A stretch of 64,000 bases of DNA, taken from the NCBI GenBank assembly GCA_964424565.1, contig CAYRIZ010000001.1, positions 27,450-91,449 on the forward strand, given 5' to 3'. A model generated the notes under the pieces. The model saw only the letters and a program-made list of their open reading frames with translations, had not been told where the DNA came from and did no database searches. Origin of the DNA: an uncultured Enterobacterales bacterium. Its GTDB lineage: Bacteria > Pseudomonadota > Gammaproteobacteria > Enterobacterales > Succinivibrionaceae. The position numbers and the translations under genes are program-made. This document shows, in pieces, positions 11,109-20,515 of the stretch. Within the stretch, counting starts at the first letter, position 1; each line of letters starts with the position of its first letter.

Positions 11109-11195
11109 ATGACAAAGTTTTTGTGACCGACCGGCCGGTCGCTGTCTTATGACAAATTACAACTAATTTCTGAAAGTTTACGAAATTTTATGACA
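11109..11195. promoter_or_regulatory. Three same-orientation ATGACA(A/T) repeats spaced about 40 bp apart; candidate operator array
   Basis: aaATGACAAAg at 11109, ttATGACAAAt at 11149 and ttATGACATGt at 11190, inside the 390-460 bp (start-dependent) AT-rich divergent intergenic region between the DeoR gene and alsB. Confidence 0.3.
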
Positions 11196-11497
11196 TGTTC
11201 TGAGTGATTTTGCTCTAAATTTGAAGTTTTACTTCCTGGCGGCAACCTGACTATTTAATTCTCTAAAAAATAAAAAATTCCTTATATTTCAAATAGTTAA
11301 TAAAAATTCATCCCGTAAACCCCCGCTTACCTCCATTTTTTCTCCGTAAAAAATCTGCAATACACTTAACACTTTTTGATAATTTATAAAACATTTTGGC
11401 ATTGTTTTGAAGTTTTGTGACGTAAATTAAACTTTAAATGAAAGATACTGCATAAGATCTGTGCATCTTTTGACATTTCTTGAACTGTGGAGCTTGC

Positions 11498-12451
11498 ATG
11501 ATGATGAAAAAGTGCCTTAAGACCGGCCTGAGTCTCCTGGCCGCCGCCGTACTCTCCTGCGGAGCAGTATCTACCGCCTCAGCTGCCGCCGATGATGCCG
11601 ATTACGCAGTAGTGCTCAAAGTTTTCTCTTCTGAGTTCTGGCAGAGCATGAAGGAAGGTGTGGAAGCCGAAGCACAGCGTCTGGGCGTCAAGGTTGATAT
11701 TTATGCCGCCAATTCCGAAGACGATGTGGAAGGTCAGACCACAATCATGGAAAACGCCGTCAATCAGGGCTACAAGGGCATAGCCTTTGCCCCCATCTCC
11801 CCGGACAATCTCAACCCGGCCATAGCCGACGCCACCTCCCGCGGCATAGTGATTGTAAATATTGATGAGCTGGTGAATCTGAACAGCCTCAATGCCCTGG
11901 GCGGCAAGGTCTACGCCATAGTAGCCACCGACAATGTGGATGTGGGCCGCATGGGTGCCCAGTACATCATCGACCGCATAGGCGGTCAGGGCAAAGTAGC
12001 CATCATCGAGGGCAAGGCCGGCACGGCCTCAGGTGAGGACCGCCGCATGGGCGCTGCTACAGCCTTTGCAGCCGCCGCTCCGGGCATAGAGCTGGTGGAA
12101 AGTCAGCCGGCTGACTGGGATCGCACCAAAGCCTATGACATAGCTACCAACTACATCAGCAAATATCCCGATCTGGCCGGCATCTACTGCTGCAATGACA
12201 CCATGGCCATGGGCGCCCAGGCAGCGGTGAACGCCTCCGGGGCCAATGTGCTGGTGGTAGGCACTGACGGCAATTCAGATGCCGTGGAATCTGTAATGCG
12301 CGGCGAGCTGGCCGCTACGGTAAGACAGCTGCCGGCCGATGTGGGTGCCATGGGTCTGCGCAGTCTGGTGGAAGCAGTACAAAGCGGTGCTGAAGCTCCG
12401 GAAAAACCGGTACCGCAGATGGTTAAGGCAGAGCTGGTGATCAAGCAGTAA
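11498..12451 (+). CDS. alsB: Periplasmic monosaccharide-binding protein (D-allose/ribose type)
   Basis: Signal peptide MMMKKCLKTGLSLLAAAVLSCGAVSTASA followed by a type I periplasmic binding fold (AVVLKVFSSEFWQSMKEG..., CCNDTMAMGA). The symbol rests on the operon context alsA-alsC-alsE-alsK-rpiB. Start at ATG 11498 after GGAG. Confidence 0.75.
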   Translation: MMMKKCLKTGLSLLAAAVLSCGAVSTASAAADDADYAVVLKVFSSEFWQSMKEGVEAEAQRLGVKVDIYAANSEDDVEGQTTIMENAVNQGYKGIAFAPISPDNLNPAIADATSRGIVIVNIDELVNLNSLNALGGKVYAIVATDNVDVGRMGAQYIIDRIGGQGKVAIIEGKAGTASGEDRRMGAATAFAAAAPGIELVESQPADWDRTKAYDIATNYISKYPDLAGIYCCNDTMAMGAQAAVNASGANVLVVGTDGNSDAVESVMRGELAATVRQLPADVGAMGLRSLVEAVQSGAEAPEKPVPQMVKAELVIKQ

Positions 12452-12523
12452 GTAATTCACCGCACCACACAGGCAGGGCAGAAAGGTATGCCCTGCTTTT
12501 TTACAGTTTGAGCGGAGAGAAAC

Positions 12524-14053
12524 ATGGTACAGCCTTTAGTGGAAATGAAGCATATCCACAAAAGCTTCAACGGCGTGCCGGCATTGAAGGACATTTCCTT
12601 TGATGTGCTGCCGGGAGAAGTACATGTGCTGTTGGGAGAGAACGGGGCCGGCAAATCCACCCTGATGAAGATCCTAAGCGGCGCATATACCCCCACCTCC
12701 GGTGACATTGTCATCAACGGCATGACTTATCACAGCCTGACCCCGAAACTGGCCCAGGCCTTGGGTATCAGCATTATTTATCAGGAACTGAGCATCATCA
12801 ATGAGCTCAGCATTGAGGAGAACATCTTTCTGGGGCGTCTGCCCATGCAGAAGGCCGGCCCCCTGCAGGTAGTGAACAACAAACATTTGCATGAGCGCAC
12901 CAGGCAGCTGATCCAAAGCATAGATCTGCAGGCAGATCCGCAGACCCCGGCCGGGCAGCTGAGCATCTCGGAAAAACAGATGATCGAGATCGTCAAGGCT
13001 GTGGCCTTCAATGCCCAGGTCATAGTAATGGACGAACCCACTTCCTCCCTGACCGACAAGGAAGTGGAGCGGCTGTTTGCCATAGTGCGCAAACTCAAGC
13101 AGGCCGGCCACGGCATAGTCTACATCAGCCACAAACTGCGTGAACTGCAGGAGATCGGAGACCGCATTACCGTCCTCAAGGACGGCGTTTCAGTGGGCAC
13201 CCGCGACGCCGGCAATGTAACAGTGGATGAATTAATCCGCATGATGGTGGGCCGCGAGGTCAATGCCCACTATCTGGCGGCCAATCCCATCAGCAGGGAG
13301 AGCAGGGACAAAATCCTGGAAGTACGGGGCTTAAACCGCAAGGACGGCACCATACATGATGTGAGCTTCGATCTTTATAAAGGAGAAGTGCTGGGCTTTT
13401 CCGGACTGGTCGGCGCCGGACGCACGGAAACCATGTGTGCGATCTATGGAGCGGCTCCCCTGGCCTCTGGCGAGGTGATCCTCAAAGGCAGGAAACTTAA
13501 CATCAAAACCCCTTTTGATGCCCTGCAGGAAGGCATAGGCCTGCTGACGGAAAACCGCCGGGAAACCGGTTTCTTCAAGAACTTCAGCATATCCCGCAAC
13601 ATTATCCTGAGCCGGCAGCTGCAGCACGCCCGTTTCGGCGGTGTCTGGGGCATGGTCGATGACAGTCAGGAAAATACTGTCGCCCAAAAGATGATTGATG
13701 AGCTGCAGATTAAATGCGTTGGCCCGCAGCAGCTTATCACCGAACTTTCAGGCGGCAATCAGCAGAAATGTATTTTAGCAAAATGGATGGCCTCGCAGGT
13801 ACAGCTGGTGATTTTCGACGAGCCTACCAAGGGCATTGACATAGGTACCAAGGCGGAAATCTACAAGCTGATGCGGGCGCTGGTCGATCAGGGCATAGGC
13901 GTCATCGTGGTCTCCTCTGAACTGCCGGAGCTGCTGGCAGTGTGTGACCGCATCATAGTGATGAAGGAAGGCGCCGTTACCGCCGAATTTACCTCAGATC
14001 TCGCAACGGAAGAAAAACTCGTCAAGGCCGCCACCGTCGGCCGGGAGAACTAA
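12524..14053 (+). CDS. alsA: Sugar ABC transporter ATP-binding protein with two ABC domains
   Basis: 509 aa. Walker A GENGAGKST, LSISEKQ signature-like region, second domain LSGGNQQK and FDEPTKGID. RbsA/AlsA architecture. Confidence 0.85.
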   Translation: MVQPLVEMKHIHKSFNGVPALKDISFDVLPGEVHVLLGENGAGKSTLMKILSGAYTPTSGDIVINGMTYHSLTPKLAQALGISIIYQELSIINELSIEENIFLGRLPMQKAGPLQVVNNKHLHERTRQLIQSIDLQADPQTPAGQLSISEKQMIEIVKAVAFNAQVIVMDEPTSSLTDKEVERLFAIVRKLKQAGHGIVYISHKLRELQEIGDRITVLKDGVSVGTRDAGNVTVDELIRMMVGREVNAHYLAANPISRESRDKILEVRGLNRKDGTIHDVSFDLYKGEVLGFSGLVGAGRTETMCAIYGAAPLASGEVILKGRKLNIKTPFDALQEGIGLLTENRRETGFFKNFSISRNIILSRQLQHARFGGVWGMVDDSQENTVAQKMIDELQIKCVGPQQLITELSGGNQQKCILAKWMASQVQLVIFDEPTKGIDIGTKAEIYKLMRALVDQGIGVIVVSSELPELLAVCDRIIVMKEGAVTAEFTSDLATEEKLVKAATVGREN

Positions 14054-14056
14054 ATC

Positions 14057-15046
14057 ATGAGCAAAAATATTCAGGACATCCAGGCTAAAAAAGACTTTAC
14101 CTACTACTGGGACAAATTCAGCACCGTATCGATCCTGCTTCTGCTGCTGGTGGTATTTTCCATAGTGGAACCCCGGGCCTTCATGTCGGTGAACAACTTT
14201 GTCAAAATCATTGAGCAGAGTTCCATCACCATTCTGATCGGCTGCGGTGAATTTTTCGCCATCCTGCTGGCCGGCATTGATTTGTCCGTAGGCTCGGTCA
14301 TGGCCCTGACCGGCGTCTGCACGGCCAAAATGATGGCCGCCGGCATTCATCCGCTGATCGCCGTCCTGCTGGGCACCATCTGCCTGGGCGCCCTCATTGG
14401 TTTCATCAACGGCTTTCTGGTCAACAAAACCGGCCTGCATCCCTTTATCATCACCATAGGCACCCTCTCCATATTCAGAGGCGTGACCATGATCGTGGCC
14501 AACTCCAGAACAGTGTCCGGTGTCCCGCCGGAATTTACCCGCATGATAGGCGGCCGCCTGTTCGGTGTTCTGCCCTCGCCCATCATCATCTCCCTGCTGG
14601 CGGCCGGCGTGCTGTTCTTCATTACCATGAAGACGCAGTTCGGCCGCAATCTGTTTGCCATAGGCGGCAACCCGCAGTCTGCCTGGTATGCAGGTATTCA
14701 CGTCAAGCGCCATGTGCTGCTGGCCTTCATGATCTCCGGTGTCTGCGCCGGCCTGGCCGGCATGGTCAATGTAGCCCGTCTGGGTGCGGCTGAACCCAAT
14801 GCCGGTACTGGCTATGAAACCTTTGCCATTGCGGCAGCCGTCATCGGCGGCACCAGTTTCTTCGGCGGCATAGGTTATATCCCCAAGGTGGTCATAGGCG
14901 GTCTCATCATAGGCGTCATCAACAATGGTCTGAACATGGCCGGTGTGTCCTCCTTCTATCAGCAGATCGCCATGGGTGCCCTGATTATTGTGGCCGTGAC
15001 TTTGGACCGCTATTTCGGCGCCTCCTCCAAGGTGGGCATCAAGTAA
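14057..15046 (+). CDS. alsC: Sugar ABC transporter permease
   Basis: 329 aa polytopic protein. GIDLSVGSVMAL and FGRNLFAIGGNPQSAWYAGI motifs are typical of RbsC/AlsC permeases. Confidence 0.85.
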   Translation: MSKNIQDIQAKKDFTYYWDKFSTVSILLLLLVVFSIVEPRAFMSVNNFVKIIEQSSITILIGCGEFFAILLAGIDLSVGSVMALTGVCTAKMMAAGIHPLIAVLLGTICLGALIGFINGFLVNKTGLHPFIITIGTLSIFRGVTMIVANSRTVSGVPPEFTRMIGGRLFGVLPSPIIISLLAAGVLFFITMKTQFGRNLFAIGGNPQSAWYAGIHVKRHVLLAFMISGVCAGLAGMVNVARLGAAEPNAGTGYETFAIAAAVIGGTSFFGGIGYIPKVVIGGLIIGVINNGLNMAGVSSFYQQIAMGALIIVAVTLDRYFGASSKVGIK

Positions 15047-15177
15047 GCCTTACCCCCTCCTGCCGCTGCCGCGGCAGGAACAGCTCAACCCTGCAACCCG
15101 AACAATTTCGTAACCATCGGCGGCCGGCCGTACTGCAGAGCCGCCGCCGCGGATGGTGTTTTTTGGAGAAAATTACC

Positions 15178-15861
15178 ATGAAGGCACAGTTTTCAGTATC
15201 CCTGATGTGCATGGACTATCTGCATATAGCAGATCAAATCAAAGCCCTGAATACAGAAACAGACTTTTACCATGCCGACCTGATGGACGGCCACTTCTGC
15301 CGCAACATCACCATGTCTCCCGATCTCATAGGCGCAGTGTGCCGGGAGGCTGACAAGCCGGTGGAGGTACATCTGATGACCACCAATCCCAATGACTGGA
15401 TTGAACCGGTGGCCAAAGCCGGCGCGCAGATCATCTCCGTGCATGCCGAAACCATCAACACCGATGCCTTCCGGACCATCAACCGGATCCGGGATCTGGG
15501 CTGCCAGGCCGGCGTGGTGCTCAATCCGGCCACCAGTCTGGAGGCAGTGCGTCATTACATCAACCGCATCAGTATGCTGACCATCATGACCGTGGATGTG
15601 GGTTTTGCCGGCCAGCCCTTCATTCCGGAAATGCTCGACAAGATTGCCGCTGCCAGGCGGCTGCGCGACGAGCTGCAGCTGAGCTTCAGCATTCAGATTG
15701 ACGGCAGCTGCAACAACCGCACCTTTCAGCAGCTGCGGCAGGCCGGAGCAGATATTTTTGTCCTCGGCACCTCGGGCCTGTTCAAACGCGATCCTGATGT
15801 ACATCAGGCCTTTGCCGGCCTGCGCCATGATTTTGCCGAGCTGACCGGAGAGGAGGTGTGA
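15178..15861 (+). CDS. alsE: D-allulose-6-phosphate 3-epimerase
   Basis: MKAQFSVSLMCMDYL...YHADLMDGHF...VLNPATSLEAV...IMTVDVGFAGQPFIPEMLDKI...IDGSCN...GADIFVLGTSGLF aligns closely with E. coli AlsE. Start at ATG 15178 after GGAGA. Confidence 0.85.
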   Translation: MKAQFSVSLMCMDYLHIADQIKALNTETDFYHADLMDGHFCRNITMSPDLIGAVCREADKPVEVHLMTTNPNDWIEPVAKAGAQIISVHAETINTDAFRTINRIRDLGCQAGVVLNPATSLEAVRHYINRISMLTIMTVDVGFAGQPFIPEMLDKIAAARRLRDELQLSFSIQIDGSCNNRTFQQLRQAGADIFVLGTSGLFKRDPDVHQAFAGLRHDFAELTGEEV

Positions 15862-15862
15862 G

Positions 15863-16777
15863 ATGAGCCCCTGGGCCCTGGGTATGGATATAGGCGGCAC
15901 GCATGTGCGCATAGGCCTGGTATCCCCTGAAGGCAGGCTGGAGCACTTTAAGATGGCAGCCTCCGCTCCTCTGCTTAATACAGCCGATCCGCTCGGCCGT
16001 CTGGAAGAGCTGATGCGGCAGTTTATGGAGGAGCACGGGGTACAGCCGGCCTGCGCCGCGGTGGGCTTTCCTTCCACCGTGGATGCCAGACGCGAAGTGG
16101 TGATTTCCACGCCCAATATTGCTTCCCTGCAGCAGCTACCGGTGACAGCAGTGCTTTCCCGCAAACTGGGCTTTCCTGTATACGTCAACCGCGACGTCAA
16201 TCTGATCCTGCTGTCCGATCTGGATGAACTCAAACTGGATCCGGCACCGGAGACGGTATGCGGTTTTTATATAGGCACCGGTCTGGGCAACACCATCATG
16301 ATCAACGGCCGGCTGCTGGTGGGCAGCCGCGGGGTGGCAGCTGAGCTGGGGCATATGCATGTTCCGGGCTTTGACGGTACCTGCGGCTGCGGCGGTCAGG
16401 GCTGCATTGAGCTGCTGTGCGGCGGCCTGGCCTTAAACCGCATCCGGCAGGAATACTATCCGCAAACTCCCATAGGTGAGATGTTTGTGCGCCACGCCGG
16501 CACCAAACCGCTGCAGCGCTATATCAGGAATCTGGCCGGAGCTGTGGCCGGAGAGCTGGTGCTGATAGATCCTGAAGTCTCCATTTTCGGCGGCGGCGTG
16601 CTGCAGATGAAGGGCTTCCCGCGGCAGTATTTTGAGGAATGCATTTATTCCTATGCCAGAAGACCCTGTCCGGCAGGCTCGCTCAAATTCATCTACGTCA
16701 AGGATTCACAGCACAGCGGCGTACGCGGAGCCGGGCTGTATGCCTTCAGGAGGCTGTCCGATCCTACCTATCTGTAG
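15863..16777 (+). CDS. alsK: ROK-family sugar kinase (allokinase-like)
   Basis: LGMDIGGTHVRIGLV ATP-binding N-terminus and the ROK zinc motif GHMHVPGFDGTCGCGGQGCIE. The symbol is assigned from operon position only. Confidence 0.65.
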   Translation: MSPWALGMDIGGTHVRIGLVSPEGRLEHFKMAASAPLLNTADPLGRLEELMRQFMEEHGVQPACAAVGFPSTVDARREVVISTPNIASLQQLPVTAVLSRKLGFPVYVNRDVNLILLSDLDELKLDPAPETVCGFYIGTGLGNTIMINGRLLVGSRGVAAELGHMHVPGFDGTCGCGGQGCIELLCGGLALNRIRQEYYPQTPIGEMFVRHAGTKPLQRYIRNLAGAVAGELVLIDPEVSIFGGGVLQMKGFPRQYFEECIYSYARRPCPAGSLKFIYVKDSQHSGVRGAGLYAFRRLSDPTYL

Positions 16778-16861
16778 CCCGCGGATATACCGCGCCGGCG
16801 GAAATTGTTTTTTGAAAAACCTGCAGGACCGCAGTCTGGTCCTGCTGCAGGAGGACTATAC

Positions 16862-17311
16862 ATGAAACTTGCATTAGCCAGCGATCACGTGGGACGTGAG
16901 CTCAAACTCAAACTGATGGCCTGGTTTGATGAACAGGGTATTGCTTATCACGATTTCGGCACTTACAGCGAAGAACGCTGCAATTATCCCGAGTTCGGCT
17001 TTGCCGCCGCCAGGGCCGTGGCAGCCGGGGAATATGACCGCGGAATAGTGATCTGCGGCACCGGAGTGGGCATTTCCCTGGCAGCCAACAAGGTCAGGGG
17101 CATACGCTGTGTCTGCTGCTCCGAGCCCTACTCCGCTCTGCTCTCGCGGCAGCACAACAATACCAATATGCTGGCCATGGGCTCGCGCGTGGTGGGGTTT
17201 GATCTGGCCAAAATGATTACCAGCTGTTTCCTGGACGGCGTCTATGAAGGAGGCCGCCATCAGGTGCGCATAGATCAGATCAGTAGTATTGAGGAAACAG
17301 GCTCGCTGTAA
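16862..17311 (+). CDS. rpiB: Ribose-5-phosphate isomerase B / allose-6-phosphate isomerase
   Basis: MKLALASDHVGRELKLKL...GIVICGTGVGISLAANKVRGIRCV...NNTNMLAMGSRV. 149 aa, the same length as E. coli RpiB. Start at ATG 16862 after AGGAGGA. Confidence 0.9.
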   Translation: MKLALASDHVGRELKLKLMAWFDEQGIAYHDFGTYSEERCNYPEFGFAAARAVAAGEYDRGIVICGTGVGISLAANKVRGIRCVCCSEPYSALLSRQHNNTNMLAMGSRVVGFDLAKMITSCFLDGVYEGGRHQVRIDQISSIEETGSL

Positions 17312-17530
17312 GGGCGGATCAACCGGGAGTACAGAGTCCGGGAGAGGAGATAGAGAGGTGCTATAAAAAATCAGAGCGCCGGGAATGACCACCAGCGCTC
17401 TTTGACTATCTCAACCATGAGATGATTTTAAACAAGATTTCAGCAGATCGCTGCAGAAAAGCTGATCTGCCCTGAAAAGATCCCCTCTGCCTTACCAGAG
17501 TGCAGACAGCAGGAAAGACCTCAGATCACC

Positions 17531-18901
17531 TTAATCTGCTGCCGTCTGTCCAGTCAGCGCCTGCTGCAGGCGGGGCACCAGCCCGCCAAAAGAGCCATTG
17601 CTCATACAGATCACAGCTGTGCGGCCGGAGAACTGCCGGCATACGGCGGCATACAGCTCATCAAAATCGGTAAACACCTGATGCGGGCGCGGGCAGGCGG
17701 CCAGAGCTTCCTCTACGGCAAAATGCACGGCCGGGCTTTTGTATACATAAACCTCATCGGCGGCATCAAATGAGGAAGCCAGAGCCTCGCCATTGGCTCC
17801 CATCTTCATGGAATTGGAGCGGGGCTCAAAGACGGCCAGGATGCGGCACTCCCCGCCCACATGGGCGCGCAGTCCCTCCAGGGTTACCCGCACGGCTGTG
17901 GGATGATGGGCAAAATCATCATAGATCTCCACGCCGCCTGCTGACGCGATCAGCTGCTGCCGGCGCCGGGGCAGCCTGAAGGAAGACAATGCTGTCGCCG
18001 CCTGCAGGGGCTCAATGCCTACAGCCGCCGCTGCAGCCACGGCAGCCAGGGCATTGCGCACATTGTGGCTGCCGCAGCAGGGCAGAGTGAACTCACCCAG
18101 TTCCTGCCCGCGGTACAGCAGAGTACAGCGCGAGCCTTCGGCATTGAGCAGCCTGGCCTCATAGCCCTCCGGACCGGCAAACACACAGCGCTCGCTCCAC
18201 AAGCCGCGGCTGAGCACATCCTTGATATTGTCATCATCAGCCGGCACCACCACCGTACCGCGCCCGGGTATGGTCCGCACCAGATGATGGAACTGCTTTT
18301 TGATCGCCTCTATATTGTCAAAAATATCGGCATGATCGTATTCCAGATTGTTGAGCACAGCCACAGTAGGGTGGTAATGCAGGAATTTGGAGCGCTTGTC
18401 AAAGAAAGCGCAGTCATACTCATCTGCCTCTATGACAAAGTAAGGGCTGTCCGTGGTCCTGGCGCTCTGCGGGAAATTCCCGGGCACGCCGCCTATTAAG
18501 AAGCCGGGATTGCGGCCGCAGACCTCCAAAATCCAGGTAAGCATGGCTGTAGTGGTGGTCTTGCCATGCGTGCCGGCCACAGCCAGCACTTCCCTGTCCC
18601 TGAGGTAATGCTCATACAGCCACTGCGGTCCGGACATATAGGGCAGCTTTTCATTGAGCATGCGCTCTATGACGGGCATGCCGCGTTTCATCACATTGCC
18701 CACCACCAGCAGATCGGGATGCAGATCCAGCTGTTCGGCCCCGAAACCCTGCATGATCTCTATACCGGCCGCGGCCAGCTCAGTGCTCATGGGCGGATAG
18801 ACATTTTGATCGCAGCCGGTCACTTTATGACCTGCAGCCCGGGCTATTAAGGCAATGCCGCCCATAAAGGTGCCGCAGATGCCGAGAATATGAATATGCA
18901 T
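17531..18901 (-). CDS. mpl: UDP-N-acetylmuramate:L-alanyl-gamma-D-glutamyl-meso-diaminopimelate ligase
   Basis: MHIHILGICGTFMGGIALIARAAGHKVTGCDQNVYPPMS and GTHGKTTTTAML are Mur-ligase motifs, with the N-terminus characteristic of Mpl. Confidence 0.9.
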   Translation of the reverse strand: MHIHILGICGTFMGGIALIARAAGHKVTGCDQNVYPPMSTELAAAGIEIMQGFGAEQLDLHPDLLVVGNVMKRGMPVIERMLNEKLPYMSGPQWLYEHYLRDREVLAVAGTHGKTTTTAMLTWILEVCGRNPGFLIGGVPGNFPQSARTTDSPYFVIEADEYDCAFFDKRSKFLHYHPTVAVLNNLEYDHADIFDNIEAIKKQFHHLVRTIPGRGTVVVPADDDNIKDVLSRGLWSERCVFAGPEGYEARLLNAEGSRCTLLYRGQELGEFTLPCCGSHNVRNALAAVAAAAAVGIEPLQAATALSSFRLPRRRQQLIASAGGVEIYDDFAHHPTAVRVTLEGLRAHVGGECRILAVFEPRSNSMKMGANGEALASSFDAADEVYVYKSPAVHFAVEEALAACPRPHQVFTDFDELYAAVCRQFSGRTAVICMSNGSFGGLVPRLQQALTGQTAAD

Positions 18902-18902
18902 A

Positions 18903-19979
18903 TTACTGAGGATCCTTTCCGTCGCATTTTAAGTAAGGGGCAAAATAGCGGTTGTAGCGCCCCTGAGGCTTGCCGTCCTTCATTTCAATGACATACACGG
19001 CCGTCTCATGGGAGTCACCCCACTGCAGCGCCTCATCGGCCCCCATCACCATCAGGCCGGTGTCCAGGGTATCGGTGATCAGGGCGGTGCGCTCTATGAC
19101 CGTCACCGACACGGTGTGATGATCTATGGGCGCGGCTGTACGCGGATCTATGATGTGGGAGTAGCGCTTGCCTGTTTCCTCATCCACAAAGTAATTGCGG
19201 TAGGAGCCGGAGGTGGACATGGCCATGCCCTGCGGGCAGACTATGGCCAGGGGCTGACCGTCGGGATTTTCCGGATTGACTATGCCCACTCTCCAGTCCC
19301 TGCCCTGCGGATTGTGCCCGCTGGTGCGCACGGCGCCGGCTATGGATACCAGATAATTGCTGATCATGGCTTCATCGAGCTTGGAGGCCAGACGGTCCAC
19401 GCCCAGGCCCTCGCCTACGGTGGAGAGATCCAGTTTGACCCTGGGATCTGTTTTCTGCAGAAAAGCCTGGCCGCCTATGTAGCTGACTTTGTATTTGTCC
19501 ATGCCCACAAAGCGCCCGGCCTCGGCCACAGCCTCACTGTCCGGCACGCGGTTAGGCCGGCCGTCGGGACCAAAGCCCCAGAGATTGACCAGGGGGGCTA
19601 TGGAAAGATCCAGCACTCCGTCTATGCGTCTGGCCTGATTGTTGACCTCTTCTATGACATTGCCCAGATAATTGGAAATGAGCATGGGCTCAGTGCTCTG
19701 CCAGTTGTTGAAACGGGCAATTTCACTGGTCACATCAAAACTGGAGATGGCATCGCTGACGTATTTGAACTGCTCTTCTGCATCCTGCCGCAGCTTCTGC
19801 TCATCCAGATCATATTTGCCGGGCAGCACGGTCAGGGCATAAAAAGTGCCCATGGTCCGGCCTTCAACCCTGACGGCAGGTTCAGCCTGCTGGGCGGCGG
19901 GGGAGTCGGTGGACTTCCCGCAGGAACACAAAATTAAGGCAGCGCCCAGAAGCGCTGCCGCGGCGGTTATTTTCTTCAT
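18903..19979 (-). CDS. apbE: FAD:protein FMN transferase (ApbE family lipoprotein)
   Basis: Signal and lipobox-like MKKITAAAALLGAALILCSC. RTMGTFY, IAPLVNLWGFGP, DLSTVGEGLGVD, SGSYRNY and HIIDPRT are ApbE motifs. Start at ATG 19979. Confidence 0.9.
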   Translation of the reverse strand: MKKITAAAALLGAALILCSCGKSTDSPAAQQAEPAVRVEGRTMGTFYALTVLPGKYDLDEQKLRQDAEEQFKYVSDAISSFDVTSEIARFNNWQSTEPMLISNYLGNVIEEVNNQARRIDGVLDLSIAPLVNLWGFGPDGRPNRVPDSEAVAEAGRFVGMDKYKVSYIGGQAFLQKTDPRVKLDLSTVGEGLGVDRLASKLDEAMISNYLVSIAGAVRTSGHNPQGRDWRVGIVNPENPDGQPLAIVCPQGMAMSTSGSYRNYFVDEETGKRYSHIIDPRTAAPIDHHTVSVTVIERTALITDTLDTGLMVMGADEALQWGDSHETAVYVIEMKDGKPQGRYNRYFAPYLKCDGKDPQ

Positions 19980-19989
19980 GGTATGCCCT

Positions 19990-20217
19990 CTATACCTGTT
20001 TGTGCTCAATGCGCAGATCAGCCTGACAGTTTTTGCCCGGCTTGTGCTTCTTATGGCCGGCAAAGCCACAGTTCATTGAGCAGGCGGCACAGTTCAGACC
20101 TTCAAGTGCGGCCGCGGCCTCATCTTCAGATTTCAGCGCCTGTCCGCGAAAAATCAGACCTATGGCCAGGCTGCCGACAAACAGCATAAAAAAGATGAAT
20201 GCAAATAAGTAGATCAT
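19990..20217 (-). CDS. nqrM: (Na+)-NQR maturation protein NqrM-like small membrane protein
   Basis: 75 aa. One N-terminal TM helix (MIYLFAFIFFMLFVGSLAIGLIF) then a Cys cluster (CAACSMNCGFAGHKKHKPGKNC). SD GGGAGAG precedes ATG 20217, and the gene lies 10 nt upstream of apbE. Assignment is from recalled family features, not a search. Confidence 0.6.
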   Translation of the reverse strand: MIYLFAFIFFMLFVGSLAIGLIFRGQALKSEDEAAAALEGLNCAACSMNCGFAGHKKHKPGKNCQADLRIEHKQV

Positions 20218-20247
20218 GGTGGCTCTCCCGTGCATTATTCGTTTTTC

Positions 20248-20253
20248 ATTATA
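20248..20253 (-). promoter_or_regulatory. Candidate -10 box (TATAAT on minus strand) for nqrM-apbE
   Basis: The minus strand reads ...attcgTATAATgaaaaacg about 30 nt upstream of the nqrM ATG. No good -35. Confidence 0.3.
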
Positions 20254-20399
20254 CGAATTTTGCTGCGGCAATCTGCACCAAAAATGCCAAATATGCCAAC
20301 AGTCAGTGCTTTTTACCCAAGGGGGCAAAGGAAAAAATAAGTCCCCGCTCCCGGCCCGGAACCACCTTTCCCGGCTTCTCCTTCCCTATCTCCCCCTGT

Positions 20400-20428
20400 C
20401 TGGCAAAGCCGCCGGCAGAGGTTATAAT
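20400..20428 (+). promoter_or_regulatory. Predicted sigma70 promoter for proS
   Basis: CTGGCA (20400..20405), a 17 bp spacer, then TATAAT (20423..20428), about 88 nt upstream of the proS ATG. Confidence 0.4.
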
Positions 20429-20515
20429 AAGCGCCAACCTATGTTTCATGTTTGACCCCGGCTGCCAAGCGCACATGACTACACACAAGGCAGCTGCATA
20501 TTTCAGGACAGTTAA

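Noticed and set aside
11470-11475. Perfect TTGACA hexamer that looked like a -35 box for alsB
   Set aside because: It lies only 23 nt from the alsB ATG, so any transcript would start inside the gene. It is more likely part of the ATGACA-type repeat set.
15193-16233. 346 aa minus-strand ORF across alsE/alsK
   Set aside because: It is antisense to two genes with strong family motifs and has no motifs of its own.
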